From: Dimorphilus gyrociliatus
Lineage: Eukaryota > Animalia > Annelida
Length of the DNA stretch: 64,000 nucleotides
NCBI GenBank assembly: GCA_904063045.1
Contig: CAJFCJ010000030.1
Coordinates: 372,001-436,000, forward strand
Direction: 5' to 3'
The translations under genes and the position numbers were made by a program. The notes below the pieces were generated by a model. That model saw nothing but the letters and a program-made list of their open reading frames with translations, made no database searches and was not told the DNA's origin. Below, one piece after another: positions 50,001-64,000 of the stretch. Each line of letters starts with the position of its first letter. Position 1 is the stretch's first letter.

Positions 50001-53000
50001 GGCAACTCTATTTCCGCGTCGAATTGCCATTGATGTTGGAAAGACTAGACGACGGCAAGAGAGGGATAAAAAAAAAATACAAACGAAACAGATTCGCCGC
50101 CGATTTGTTGTTATTCCTATTTCTCTTTGTTGTTTTGTTTTTAAGCTTTGTTTTTCTATTCTGTTTCTTTTCTTTTTGTTTTTTAGTATTTCAAATAGAA
50201 AAGTTAAATTTCTATTTGTTCCCTTACCTATTGATTCTCAGTTTTGTATAATCAAAAGAAAAATGATTTTTTTAAAGAGAATTTTCTAAATTATTTCTTA
50301 ATTGATTAAGAAAAAGCTAACTGAAAGTAACTTCGTTAAGAGGCGCCCGTGGTTACTTGAGGCCACTCGCGAAGACGTCTAAACGAATATAGATACAAAA
50401 TAGTTGTATGGCAACATCTTTGTTTTTTGTCTTTATATGACATTTACTTTATGCGTCTTATTACTTTTATATCCTAAGTCTAATCATAGAAAAGATAATG
50501 AATTGAACTTTAAAGAGAGAAAATCAAACTTATTATTGTTGAGTACATTTATAGCAGCTGAACACGCCTACATTCTATGTTTTAACGTTGAGAGGGGACA
50601 AGAAAGACGGGGAAAACAAACTACAAATAATCGTTATTTAAAAGGTGAAAACTATGTCAAACATTAGCTGGCTAACAAAAATGTATTCTCTCTTTGTATA
50701 CTATAATTTTTTTATGTACGAGAGTTTTAACTCCCGTCGGGCGATTGTCTCTTGTTTCAGATTGATCTTTGTGCAAAAAAAAGGCGTCTAACGTGTACTG
50801 CTGTCGATGAACATGAATCGATGCAGCTTGTACCTGCTCCCTACGTCGCATAGTATTAACTCCAGTTTATCCGTGATTAACTAATCGATACAAGGGAAAG
50901 ACCGCTAATTTTCCCTAGTAAATTTCATAGGGAATAAAAAGAGTAGTAGTGGGGTCAAGGGTTCAACTAGCCGCAATTGCGCAACAAAATTGCCTATCGG
51001 CTCAAAATACATCTCAATGGTTTGATAATGATGCTTCTTGCTAGTAAAATTGCCTGATCTCATTGCTGTTCAAGTGTTTGAATTTGTTTTAGCGATTGCC
51101 AATATGCTGCACTCGGAATTTCCAATATGAAACTAATCATTTGTTAATACTATACACACAATGTGATCGTATAAAATATACACCATGTATATATTGTATA
51201 CATAGGAACTCAGTGGTAGCCAGTTAATACAGACTGACAGCCGATCCTTAATTCATTAGCAGGCGAGCTTGGTATATGCGTAAAAACATCTTTGTAACTG
51301 TACTCCATTGTTCTAAGTTTGTATATATAAGAGAGACGGCAAACTGCTTTCGACGCTTCTGTTATCCGTTTTGATGTTGATTTATAATGTATAACCTAGA
51401 CACGAACAGGGAACGTTAGTCAACGCTATCGAATCATTTGACGTTGTTTTTTTTACCCCTACTCCGTCAATCTATCCCATTCTTTTATTACCTTTAGGGA
51501 TTAGGAGAGATTAGGACCGGTAGAAAGAATTTAGAGAAAAAAGGGAATATCACCCTAACTCATACCCGGTTTTCTGTTTTATTGATAATAGTCAAAAGTA
51601 AAAGCAAGCATATAGCTTGTATTATAGGCATGCAATTGACCATTTTTATCTATACTGTCCCTACAAAGGCTAAACGTTCGCATGATGGCTTTTTTTGTAC
51701 GCTTCGTAGAATATCGAGCGTTTGCACGCGCAGCCTTCAATCTTTCTACCCCTGCAGTTTTGTAATTTGTTTTTGCTTTCCATTCTTTTGTCTGTAGTCG
51801 AAAGCAGTTGCTACACACCCGCTAAATGTATAACTCATTGTCCAGTCCCTTCCTCGGGGCCTTTGACAGCGACCGAATTGCCTCCTGTCAACTGACTAAC
51901 GGTTGTGATGGATACCCGCCGGTTTCCCCTTTGCCTTCCTTATTTCGCAGTTAGCGATAATTTTTCTTGGTAGCTTCATATTTTTCTTACTTTTTTTCAC
52001 CCCCCGTCGTTGTTTTGTTTCATGCATCGCCAACAGCGTTTGTTGATCGATGATGTACGACTTGTTATCTCTTCTGTATACAACCAGATTTTTTTTTGCT
52101 TTCATTCTAAAAAAAATAGGAATTTATCAATTTCTTTCACTCGTGCTAAACTTCCATCCATAATTTGGAGTAACAAAGTATATAACTGAATAAGCAACGT
52201 ACAATTGGAGTTCGCTTGATTGCCTAAATCATTTTTCTCTTCCCAAGACGATTTTTTCTCCTTCTCTTTTATGCGTTTCTACCCTCCTACTCCAGGCGCC
52301 AGAAAGTAGATTAGCGCGCCCTAAAATGTGCAATTCGGCGCCGAGTACTCTACATGTCCGTTGGGAAATGGTAGGGCAAGTGCGAACTCGTCCCACAACG
52401 GTTCACTATTCATCATAAATTGTAGAGTAAAAATATACACAAATATGTTTTATTAGACAATCTAAGGTTACAATTCCCGGTCCTACTCTAATTTACAATT
52501 CTGACACAATTCCTATATACGTCTTTCGTTTCGAGATCGTTAATCGTTAAGTTTCTGATAGAATGGGGGTAAAAGAAAGAAAGAAAGACATAGTGAGTGA
52601 GTGAGAAAGGGAAAGAGGGAGAATGAAAGAAAGAAAATGGGAGTGAAAGGGATTGATCGATGTTCATCAACGGCTAGAGGAAAAAGGTCATTCTCTCTAA
52701 GCCGATTTGAGAGTTATTTTTTTTTTCATCACTTAACGACCATTTTCCTTAAGTCCTGCGACGATAAATTTCCGGTTTTGATCCGTTAGTGTTAATTAAA
52801 AGAAGTGAGGGGAAAAAGCTAGTTTTCTTTTTTCACCTAGTTTTCCCTTTCACTAATTAAACTGTTAGGGTTCGATTCGAGGGGGCATGATCGCCGACCA
52901 GGGTAAACAAATCTTGTTTGCATACTAAACAATTGTTAGACCCGAAAAGAACCTGGTACTGTTTTTAACTCAGACTGGCACGAGTTGTATTTCGGCATAT

Positions 53001-56000
53001 GTTTCGTTTAGGCATGCGAACAGGGAAAGGAAGCTGTTATTACTACATCGCTTCTACCCTTATAACATTCCCACAGGTTAGAAAATTGAGTAGCATTCAT
53101 AGTCATGCACGTCATCCTCCTTAAAACTGACAGTATTTGCATTTACTACGGTAGTAGACACTTGGTCAATCAAATTCCTTATTCTCGGTTCAAACCGACA
53201 GGATTTGAAATTGGATATCACATAATTCGAATAAAAAAGTAATATTAAGCTTTTATCGGATAATCAAGGTGAAAGGTCATTCCAACCGGTTCTGTCGATG
53301 TGAAAATATATTCGACGCTGACTGTATAAGCGTCCTTTGTAACTATACGATCTTATTTTTATTCCATCAGTTTGTATAGCTATACATGCTTCCTGAGGGC
53401 GAATTGCTTCTATATTATGTCCACTATACGATGCCATTAATTATTTTTCTGCACCTATATATCTTGCAATTCCATAACCACCTGTTGCCTTCGGACTTTC
53501 CTAAGAAATGTTTCTAATAAACTTTTCTGCGCATTCTCCATTATAACATCTAATAGTTTATTTATAGTGAGATATTTTTATAATATACACATACATACGT
53601 TGCTATAATCTATTAAAATTACGCAAGTTCCCCTTTTTTTTTGTTCCTACAAGTGCCAATTTTTAAATAATTAATCATGTTCAATTTCCTTATCTTGTCT
53701 TATTTCTTATACAGATGTTCAAAATTGAAACGCAAAAGTGCTCACAATACGACAGCTGTCAAACTTGTTTGGAATCGAACGATCCTTTTTGCGGCTGGTG
53801 TTCATTAGAAAACAAATGTTCTGTTAGATCAAAATGCTTAAACAATGATGATGAAACAAGATGGTTAAGCTCTCACGGTGATGCAAGATGTTCGAAAATT
53901 ATTAGTATGCTACCATCAAAAATCCAGAAGGGTCAAAGTGTAAAGGTAAGTTAAACAACTAAACATTATAACTAAAGCTAAAAAGCCTACTGAAAAAAAA
54001 AGCAAACGTTATTTCCTAAAAGAAGACCTAGAAAATGTTTAATTAGGCAGAGCGAATATATACGATTTTATTCAAAAAAGAGAAAATAAAGAAATAGAAA
54101 CTCGGATAAATTTCCTCTCTTTTTTAAATAAAAGTTGCTCTTCTACGGTTTTAAATGAACTAGGAACGAATCTAACATTAACTCTATCTTACTGCAATAT
54201 TTAAGAGAATCCTTTGAAATAGTTTCTTCCTTTCCGGAAAAATCCGCTTAAGAAGTTTTCTAGTTTGTTTTTCTTTTTCCCCTTATACTTTCTCTTGTGA
54301 TAGAATTACATATTTAATCGTAAGGAGAAGGATTATCTTGAAATAATTATCTTATTTAATTTCTTTCATATAGAAAAATACATCTAAGAAGTAATTATAT
54401 ATATATAAATTTATATATCTATATTAGATATAGATATGGATATATAATTACGTTTAAAAAAGAAAATAAATGAAAATCCATCTAATTTGACAAGCATGAT
54501 TTAAAACGAATATAAATTTTTACTGTCGAAACAGGGTTCAATTAGTGTAGTGCACTTCTGGTGCTATTTTAATTTACATACTTTATATTTGTTTATATAC
54601 GTATTATGGAAATATAATAGAAATAGAGTACTGGATAATGCAATTATCTATATAATTATTATATAATAATTGTTTTTAGATTTATTATCAATAGATCTAT
54701 CTATATTATTATATTTTTCCTAACAGATTAAATTGGAAGTTGAAAATCTACCGAATGTTAGAAATGAAACTTATAAATGTGTATTTAGAGATGCATCCGA
54801 TCCTAAATCTCCATCCAGACAAACAGTAGCAGAAAAGAATGGTAAAAGCGTCTCTTGCCTTACACCAGAACCGAATTTAATGCCCGACTTCCCGACCGGA
54901 TCTGGTTAGTATCTTTTCATTTTTTTATCCACTGCTACGACGTCTAGTCTTTATTTACTTGTCTTCCATGTCACTGTCTTCCTACTCAATTTCCATTTTA
55001 CTAGATTCGAACTGAACGAAATGAATGCTTGTAACTCGAGATAAGCAATTTACTTTTCGATTTCGACCCCTATAGCATTATTTATATACTCGTCTTTTCT
55101 TACTGTTACAGTAAGCCTTAAGGCTCGAATGTTTTCTCCCCGGTTAACAATATTTCTCACTTTTCCTTAATTTTTCTTTTTCATACTTTCGCTTTTGTCT
55201 TTCTTCTATTTTAGCCATTTCTTTTACTTCAGTACCTTTGTTCCCTTTCAACCATTTGTCTAGTTTATTTATTCAAGTTATTATTCACTATTATACTTTT
55301 TCGTAGTCTCGACAGTTTCCATCTCACTCTGTCAAAGGCTAACGACTCAGGTTAAGTGCCGCATCTATTTACTGTATAGGGCTTCTGTAATTCGCCCCGT
55401 TTATTCTCATTTTACGTAATAAGAGAACGACAAAGTTGAGTGGATGTGACAGTCTGGAAATATCGAGTTAGTGCAGCTTTTTGTAGTATTGAGATGTTTT
55501 ATCAAAGTCACATGACTCCAGACGTATGCTACCCACAATTGTTTTTCTTTTCCCGTTTCTAATTCGATATATAGCAAGCCGAACTATTCAACTTACCTAT
55601 AAGAAATCTCGAGTCATGTGATAAGATTTATCACGTGATATTTGTTTACTATTTCCGTTTCGTGCTTTCTTTATCAGTTTCCATTTAATTTTAGGAAGCT
55701 TACTAGCAAATTACTAATTTAGGTAACAGAATCATTATACAAAGACTAAAGTACATGCAAAGAAAATACATAATATATATAAACATGTAAAGTATATAGA
55801 GTATGTTGCAGTACATTATATATTTATATGGACATGTTTTATACAAAAGTAAATAGTACTTATATTTTAATATACGTTATTTTCCATGTTTTAATAGAAA
55901 TAAGAGTTTAGAACGACATTCTATGTTGTTATTAAGCTTGTTGAATTATATATCAAATATGACAAACGTGATTACTAAGCCAGTCTGAAAGAATACTACC

Positions 56001-59000
56001 CAAAATCTATATATCTAGAATTCTTCCATACAATATAGTGACAAAATTAATAGGATTGTTTAACTATATCTTTCAATTTTTATAGGGATTAACAAAATCT
56101 AAATTAAAGCTTTACGTTTTAATATAATAGCTTTTTTCTTCTTTTTTCTAATTCGTCTTTCTCAGCCGTAATAGAAAAAAAAAGCTTTATTTTATTTTCG
56201 ATTCAAACAATTTTCTATAAGCTTAACTTGCTTTAGACATAACTATATAAATATGATAAATGAGAGCTTAGATGTAAGAGAGATATTGCCTCTTGACCGT
56301 CTCGAAAATTTACCGATAATAAATCAGTAAAAGCAAAAAAAAAAAGAACCCCCACTGTTCTAGACAATAAAAATCAATTAGGTAAATAAAATTTTCGGTT
56401 GGCCAGGAATGTCAAAATGGATGGAGAGTGTGCATGAGAGAGCCAGAGAGGATTGAATAGAGAATTTTTTTTTTCGAGCGCGTGTACAGTTGATCGAGGC
56501 TTTAGCTATGCTCGACTGCACCGTTCCCATTTCGTTTAGTCATGCGTGACTGCATTGAAAAAGTTTCGTTCGATGCTTGTTTGCCGTACGGCAGATGATA
56601 AAAAAGAAATGAAATTATGGAACGCACGCTTTTTTATTGGTTTTGGACTTATTCCGTTCGCTCCCCCTCGCTCTTACTCTCTCTTTTATATACTGATAGC
56701 TAGGGAGATAAATATATAGATATTTGTATACTATCTGTACTTAATATTTATCCGTATCAATCTATCCAGCTATTACTCTCTCCCTCCCTCTCTTCATAGT
56801 AAGAGTGTTATATACATATCATGTTTTTATCATAAACTGACGCTTTTATGTTAAGAGAGCAGATTGACAATGCAAAAATGGGATTATATAATATGGACAC
56901 CTGGTACAACTTTTCAATGCTTCCTATACATTCATCTTCCTTCCCCAAAAAAAATTGCTCTTGGTTCGTAATATTATCCCTAAGGAGTATTTTATAAATC
57001 TGCTATACGTGTGTCACTTTTGTTCGCCCAACTTTACTAAGCGTATGCAGAGGGCAAGTACGAGGGAGGGGAAAGTAAAATTACCTTTGAAACTTGTCAA
57101 TAGAAATTCAAAACGAACCTTTAAAATTGTGCCACTGAGAGGTTAAGGGCTAAGAGCAGTAAGGTTTTGAACTGTTGATGAAGAATATATATTTTATTTC
57201 GTTCTTTTTTTATTTTGACAATAATTGAGTTTAGTTAGGAAAAAGGAGAGGAAAGGACTTGATATATTTTTTTTCTTTCTTATTTTAAAACGTCTCAAAA
57301 AATTAACTTCCAATAATGAAATATATTATTTTCCCTGCTACTCTTAGTACTACGGCTAATTTAGAGATTTATAAATTTTTTATATTCTACTATTTGTTGA
57401 ACTTTTTTCAAGATGATTGATTAAAGTACCCTTGAGATTTTTAGGGTCACCGGCTATGTTTACCTTAAAATACTGAACTTTACGCATTGGGATGATCGAG
57501 TATAGATAATTTAAAAATACTTAAAATGATATATAAAGGCTTATACATGTTAATATAGAGTTTGTTGTAAATTTTAATAAGTAGTTTTATTGTTTGATAA
57601 ATGAGAAGGAAAGAAGTTGTATTACTTTTAATTTTAATATAATTTAAATGTCCTTGTCAAACACTGTAATTTCTACATAGTTTTATTAAAAGGTACAGTC
57701 AAAAGCCCATTCATGCTTGTCTGAACATATTGGAAATTTAACCGCATATGCTATCCACCATTAATAATTCAACCTGAACTGTTCAAGAAAGCATCGTTTT
57801 TACCGCCTCTATTATTATTAGAATTATTATTTATTTAATGAAACGAGTTCTTAGTAAACTTTATAATTGAAGAATGAAACTATAGTGAACTTTTAGCCTT
57901 TTAACTTGAAATATTTAAATAAATGGATAAAAAGCAATAAAAGGACAGAAAAGAGCAATAAAGCAAAAAAAAAAACACATACATACTGGAAAAAAAGAGT
58001 AAAAGAGAAAAGAATAAAAGAAATGAAAGAACTGAAAAAAAATTACAGTATATGAATAGTAAATTACATATGAACAGCTTATATTAATGTAATAGATATA
58101 TTTTAATATAAAACTATTATTTCCAACGGGAATTGCTTTTGACCGTTTAGATAAACTTATACAAGCTGCGAAGCCTTTATCTCAATTTAAAAGAAAAAAA
58201 AGGTAAAATTGCCTGCGGGGTTGTTTTCTTTATTCCCTTTAGTAGTTTACAACTTTTTAATAGTTCTTTTTCCATAACAATCTCTAAGGGGGTTTGTTGG
58301 AAAAGTTGAAAAGTGTCAATTTGGTCAAAATTCAAAAGAAAGTTATCTAGTATCTAGGTCAAATTTGCTTTTTTTTTATTCCCTTCCATTATTCAAATAG
58401 TTTTAAATAAAGATTTTTAAATTGCGATAATGTAAAATATTTTACAAAGGTTAAAGGTTATTGATTAAAGTTTAGCGTTTGTAGTAAAAATAAATATAGT
58501 TAAATTTGCAATGTTTTATGTAAATGTACACATGGTCGATATATAATACAATACGCTGCTGTATATGGTACTATGCGTTTAAATGGATGGACTTGGCGTG
58601 TTGGCGTGTTTGCGTGTGACTAGTTCTATTACCTAGGTAATACGCGAAATATTTTCATAGAATTTGACATGGCCCTTGTTTTCTCATGTGTTCCGTCTAC
58701 GCTTCTGGAAACGTCAATTTTCATTCCTACGCAGACGAGGATAATGAAAGCTTGTCGGCGTGTGCGTGCGCTTTTAATCATATCCTCTTTGATTACGTGT
58801 TCTTGTGCTAACATACTAACATTTGAACTCGGCTTCAACGCGTCGCAGAAATCGTATCTGATGTATAATAAAACTTAGATTATTAGAGTAACGCCTCTTT
58901 ATACTTTATGGTTGTATCTTCTTCTCATTATGCTAACAATCATGGTCAATTTAAATAGTTTGTAAGAAAGTTGGTAAGAGAATAAAAGAATATTTTTCTC

Positions 59001-62000
59001 GACATGGGCGTCGTTAAAAACGCCATATTCACCATCTCGGCATGATGTCGGAAATTCTAAGCGCGTCATCTCTCTTAACAATAAACGTGACGACCGCTTT
59101 ATGCCCAAAATTTGCCCGTATTGTACGAAAAATTGTGACAGTTTGTCGGCCCTATGACGCCCCTTACAAGAGCGTCTATACTCCCCTTCGATTTCCCTAT
59201 AAATTCATTAAGTTTGTTCAATCAACGGCGGGCTTTACCAGACTCGGCAGGTGCCCGATTAGTTGCGTGCAAAGACATCAAAGCTGAAAGAGAGGAATGT
59301 GACGTAATTCCTTTCTTACGGGATGTCAGCTTCCCACTTTTGTTCCGCTTAATTCTATTACGCAACCAGGGGGACGTGTGTCATACTAACATTGTTCTTC
59401 AAGTTCAACTCCAATTTTTCTGTCTATCCGGTTTAAAGCCATCCCAGCTTAGGCGAATGGAGCAACTTAGGTGGCATCCATAATTACGGTCATTACTCTT
59501 AATCTGACTCGAAGGCTTCATTACCTTAAGAAACGAACACGTGCCGGACGAGAGATAATGTTGAGTTTGGTGGTTTAAATAAGCTAATTTTTTGTCACAG
59601 CTTGGATATAAAGTAACTAAAAATGTCCATATTCGTTAATAAGGGAAAGAATATACTAATATATCAAGTAAACTAAACTGGGTACCTTTATAGAATTGAT
59701 TTATCTCAATTACTTGCTAAATACTCTAAATTGCCAAATAGAACGGAAGAATAACTTATTATAGTAAAATGGAAAATTTATTTCACTAAAAATGTTAACG
59801 CTTTTAGTTACATAACAACTATAGTTAATTACGTAACACCGGTAATACATAGTTTTTAACGATTGACGATTAGGAAATGGTATTATGTTAAAAATGGATA
59901 GTTAATGTACGTAGGTGTGCACGTTGTTTGTATGTACGTGTATCGTATATACTATCACAAAATAGACGCTTATTATACCTATTTGTATGTGTATACTATA
60001 TCTTTCCTCTATTTCTTTTCTTTCTTTTCTTTCTTTATTACTTTTGTTTATATTCACTGAAATGGAAGGGGAACAAATAGAAGGAAAATAGGGAAAAAAA
60101 AGCAGAGTATATCCACTAAATCTCGATTCAGCTGTCTACTTAGAAAGCTCAAGAGCCATAGCAATCAAGTGCTTACGAATATTGCCTTAAAGAACCAATG
60201 TATGCTTATAAACAAAGAAGTATAGGTTCTGCAAATAGCATGTAAACTATTTTATGTGCATATATTAGTGTATATTAGTAAACATTATATGTAAACAAAT
60301 ATATATATGCATATATATATATTTGTTTACATTTAGTGTTTACTTTCAACTAATTATATGAATTAGTACTATTTACATAGAAGTAATAATTTGTTTATCT
60401 AGCGAATAAGTAAATAACATTTTACAAGGAGTAGAAACGTATTTAAATATTTATTTAAATTAAGCAAATTCTCAATAAGTCATCCATTAATTTGTGTTTG
60501 TTTGTATTTTATTTATTTTTTCCCCCCATTCTATCATTATTTAATAACAATTTTAAATATTACTCCTTCCTTATTCCCTTCTCTTGCTGTTTCTAATCTT
60601 CACTATTTTCTTTCTTCATTTCTCCCTTTCCTTCCCAGACACATACACATGCACATACGCACCATTCTTTTTTTGTTTATAAATACCTTTTCTATGAAAT
60701 ATAATAACATAATAACCCAATATCAGAGATAAAATTTTTCTTACCTGAGAGGTTAGCGGTTTAGATCTAAAAGAAAAATTATTAAAACTCATCAGTTTTA
60801 TCTTTTAATTATTTACAATTAAAAGGAAATTTATATAAATTTATACATCATAGATTGCATAAATAGATATATATATATATATGCCTAATGTACAGTACAC
60901 TGTGTACTATACGTAAGCTTATTATATCGATACATAAGGTACATGTTTTTTTAAATGAGAAAAAACATTACTATAAGTATATATAGTAAGAGGAGAGTAT
61001 CGGGTTATTATAGTGAATTTATATGGTAATTTAGCTTTTACGTGACTGTCCCATTCATTTCGTTCACCGCCCAGTATTGGTATAAATGCGAAAATGTCAT
61101 GAGCGTCTAGTCGATTGTTTTATCTATAATATATGACGTTTCTAGTAATTTCTTGTGCCGATGACTTTTTTTATATAATATATTGTATATATATATATAT
61201 ATATTTATAAATATATATTTTTTACCCTAACAGACAGCGTAGTCGTTCGATTGTCAATTCGATTACAGGAGAAGGATTTCGTGTCTACGAATTTTACTTT
61301 CTACGATTGTTCTGTACATAATTCGTGAGTAGTCTAATTTAATTTATCTTTTAAATAAGTAGTTGAATTTCTTTATTCTTGTCTTTTATTGTAAAAGAGG
61401 AAAGTTAGAGGAAGTTTAGTTTTATAGTTTTATTTAATGAAATATCCTCTTCCTTTCACTTTCTATCTTTGTTCTTTAAAGATTTATCTTAGATTATGTA
61501 GTAGTCTTATTTTCGGCGGGAAGTTAGATTTATGATAAAATTAGCGACTCCTTCCGATAAAGGAAATTCTAGAAATTGCCCTAGGATTTACCTTCCCTAA
61601 GGGATTAGGAATAGAAAATGTTTTTTAGTTTTCTTTCTTGATCAATTCCACTTCTTACATTCTCCTTCTGTAAACAGATGCACTCAATGTACCACTAGTA
61701 GCCATCCGTGTACTTGGTGCGTTAAACAGCATACTTGTACTGGCAGAAGTGAAATTTGTGGTAGAAATGCTGTTCTTGTTACTGGAAAAGCGGTAAGAAA
61801 CCATACAATTATTTATTATCATTGATATTTAAAGCCCTTTCATATTTTAAATATAGCTTTTAAAGTCTACAATTTTAATGTTTTCTTTTTCCTCTTTTTT
61901 CTCCAATTATAATCTTTAGATACCCAACTCCGATAGAGAAGGACCAGCAAATTGTCCGAGTTTTAAATATACAGGCTCATTAACAAATGGTAATATAATG

Positions 62001-63958
62001 ATAGCGTCTACCCAACAAATCAGAATTGAAGTTGAAGCAAATAAATTATTGGTAAGTTCTATAAATAAAATTAAATACAAATATCTAAAACGATGATTTA
62101 TTATTAATTTTTTTATTTTACCCCTACTAAAACCTTCTACTTAGGATTTTCAAACGGATTTGCGTTGTGTTTTTATGGAAGAAGGGAGAAATGAGTATTT
62201 AAAAGCTCGTAGAAAAGGCAATAAAATCGAATGCGATACCAAAAGAGTATGTATTGCACATTTAATATATCTATATATACCATGTATTTACAGTATATAA
62301 AAATACTCATGTATCAAACGTAGATTGTACTTAAAAATTCTAAGAAGATTTACTGTTTATAGTAGTTTTAATGTCTGTTACGCAAGAGATTAGGTAACGC
62401 TTTGGCGATTGTGTTCGGTTGACTTATCTCTTCGTAAATAACTATTTACTAAGTTAAGTAGAAAGAAATTGATAAATTCTAACAAAAATACAAAAAATAC
62501 AAAGACAAAAATCAATAGCAATCATCTTAAAAGAATGTAATATAAACAAGTGTATATTAAAAAGAATACAGCTTTGCAGTCTCTTGAAATATGAATACAT
62601 AGCTTAAAGATTAGAACAAGTTGCGTGATGCTCTACTTTTCGCTTTTACAGTTTATATATAGACAAACTTTCATAGTTATATAGTTTCTTTTATCTTTTT
62701 ACCTATAATATCTCTTTCTCCTATTTATTAGTTCTCGTATAAAGAAGTCGTAGCCGAAATGCACATTCCTTTCAAAATTGTTTGGGGAAGGGATAAATAT
62801 CCTATCGACAATCCACAAAATATACAAGGTTAGCATACAAAGATTCTTATCTTTGAGTTATTAAGCTCCTATATATGAAATTGTTTTCATTCATCAAGTC
62901 AATAAATTTCTATCGTATTTTAAATAAATAAATTTTTCAACTTGCTCCTTTTCTCCTACAGTAACAATATACAAATGTTCATTGTCGGTAAATTGTGGTG
63001 AATGTCTCGCTCTATCTTTACAAAACAAATTATGTGGTTGGTGCGTAAGAGAGAAACGTTGTTCAACTAAAACAAAATGTTCAGAAGGGAGAGGAGAGTT
63101 TTTAAACAGCGAACAAACTTGCGACAATCCTAAGGTAAATATAAAAAAATTTGATATATTCGATTGTCACTAGATAGTATCCTATTTCGTAAAGTATTAA
63201 CCTTCGCTAAAGATTATCCTACCGCTTTACTCAATATTTTTCCCCTATACTATCCGTCTTCCTTTTCATTTTCTATTTATCTCCTTCTGATTTTCTTTCC
63301 AACGTCTATCTTAATTTCTATTTATATACTTATAGACTATTAATAATTTTATTCATCTCTTTTATAGATATTAGACTTTGAGCCAAAATACGGCCCGTTT
63401 GGAGGAGATACCAGTATTGTTATAACTGGTATGAATTTGGGTAAAAGCATTGATGAAATAGAAGTGTTCGTTGCTGGTAAAAGATGCAATGTGATCGATT
63501 ACAAAAGACCCAGTACGATTACTTGTAAAAATGCTCCTTCAGTTAAGGATAACGAAAGTGGACCAGTATTGGTAAAAGTAGCCGGAAAATACAAGGCAAA
63601 ATCAAAAAATCCCTTCACGTACGTGGTAAGTATTAGCTCCTTTTTTACACTCTTGTAAATAACAGAGGTGAAAGGGAAATGAAAAAAAAATTAAAAGTGG
63701 AAAGAGAAAAGGGCGGTAGGTAGGAGGGTAGTGGGTGGGTAGATAGGTTGGTTGGTGTGAAAAAAATTAGGTGTTAAGATATTGACTACTTTATTAGTTA
63801 CTAACTGTGTTTTTTTCCTAGACACCTACTGTGAATAAAGTGGAACCATCGATTGGGCCTCGCTCAGGTGGTACGAAAGTAAAAATCTCTGGAGAATACT
63901 TAAATATCGGAACAAAGAAGACTGTGAAAATTGGTGATCGTCTTTGCGAAATAATCAG
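38040..63958 (+). CDS. Plexin (plexin-B-like), 5' part only; gene continues past the window end. Exons: 38040-39317, 40090-40221, 53715-53945, 54727-54904, 61234-61324, 61678-61792, 61920-62051, 62145-62246, 62732-62828, 62962-63134, 63368-63625, 63822-63958
   Basis: Signal peptide plus Sema domain (LILCCTSNKGSCHKR, FVTRIQRIC, HAELDLKC, SAVCAYRLRDIRKSFTKNIKECY). PSI1 CSQYDSCQTCLESNDPFCGWCSLENKCS, PSI2 CTQCTTSSHPCTWC, PSI3 IYKCSLSVNCGECL..CGWC, then IPT domains (FEPKYGPFGGDTSIVITGMNLG; VEPSIGPRSGGTKVKISGEYL). All junctions are GT-AG and phase-compatible. The B-type call rests on the remembered similarity of VLVTG...GPANCP after PSI2 and is less certain. Confidence 0.93.
41348..41361. promoter_or_regulatory. 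Candidate RFX X-box in plexin intron 2
   Basis: GTTACTATAGCAAC fits GTHNYY-AT-RRNAAC. Single motif match with no functional support. Confidence 0.2.
45118..46770 (-). mobile_element. Tc1/mariner superfamily DNA transposon (Tc1 family, DD34E), full length 1653 bp, inside plexin intron 2
   Basis: Imperfect TIRs of about 36 bp (left CAGCCGCGGTCATAAATATCTATACATGAAAAAAAA from 45118; right end reverse-complements to CAGCCGCGGTCAAAAATGTTTATACATGAAAAAAAA, ending 46770). TA on both flanks. Internal transposase present. Confidence 0.95.
45436..46428 (-). pseudogene. Tc1-family transposase interrupted by one in-frame TGA (46060-46062)
   Basis: The two track ORFs (46060-46428 and 45436-46011) are in the same frame, separated only by a TGA plus 16 codons. 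N-terminal HTH region (GRP motif, LSERTIRRIL). Catalytic motifs VFTDESRF, FQQDNAPPH, WPPYSPDLNPIENLW, with 34 residues between the second D and the E by hand count. Confidence 0.9.
48396..48893 (-). CDS. Hypothetical 165-aa protein nested antisense in plexin intron 2
   Basis: Longest track ORF not explained by any other feature (179 codons from TTG, 165 from ATG 48893), in a locally less AT-rich segment. No family recognised with confidence. Confidence 0.35.
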   Translation of the reverse strand: MEVYRLISLKPLLEKGNNENFEVDADLTPIHLFNEMKDGLSGPVQSAWLKGNTRKGGGTKKNEVRDSDRASYLTHFFLRTSKYLNFFIGSTPVSLLHFKQEIRRHFPSAYRNTTLIDLNAVSICNEKLSDVTFDLISRDETATRNFMTRAKSCVRSLHSCDTLMS

Positions 63959-64000
63959 GTAAGGATCAAACGAATATTTGTTCATTTGTTTACGTGTTTT

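Noticed and set aside
52865-52885. GGGTTCGATTC resembling a tRNA T-loop/B-box
   Set aside because: No pairing T-stem, A-box or cloverleaf around it.
59101-59160. MPKICPYCTKNCDSLSAL resembling a C2H2 zinc-finger start
   Set aside because: Ends in a stop with no histidine pair.
1-64000. CRISPR arrays, rRNA genes, operons
   Set aside because: None seen; the window is intron-containing animal DNA.

Overview
This is AT-rich eukaryotic (animal) genomic DNA with mostly very short (about 55-75 nt) GT-AG introns. The content points to a lophotrochozoan with a compact genome, possibly an annelid; this is inference only. From left to right: (1) about 11.6 kb with no recognisable gene; (2) a two-exon FkbM/Star-like methyltransferase gene (+); (3) a tandem minus-strand cluster of an unrecognised GPI-anchored, mucin-stalked immunoglobulin-superfamily family, made of one damaged copy, one double-length in-frame fusion gene and one standard copy; (4) a minus-strand Met-family receptor tyrosine kinase with a full plexin-type ectodomain (Met-LP-like) and an unusual activation loop containing PKKKRK; (5) head-to-head with it, a plexin-B-like gene (+) that runs off the right end. 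The plexin's 13.5-kb intron holds a full-length Tc1 (DD34E) transposon broken by one stop codon and an unexplained antisense ORF. All exon boundaries were derived by hand from the sequence and have no transcript support.
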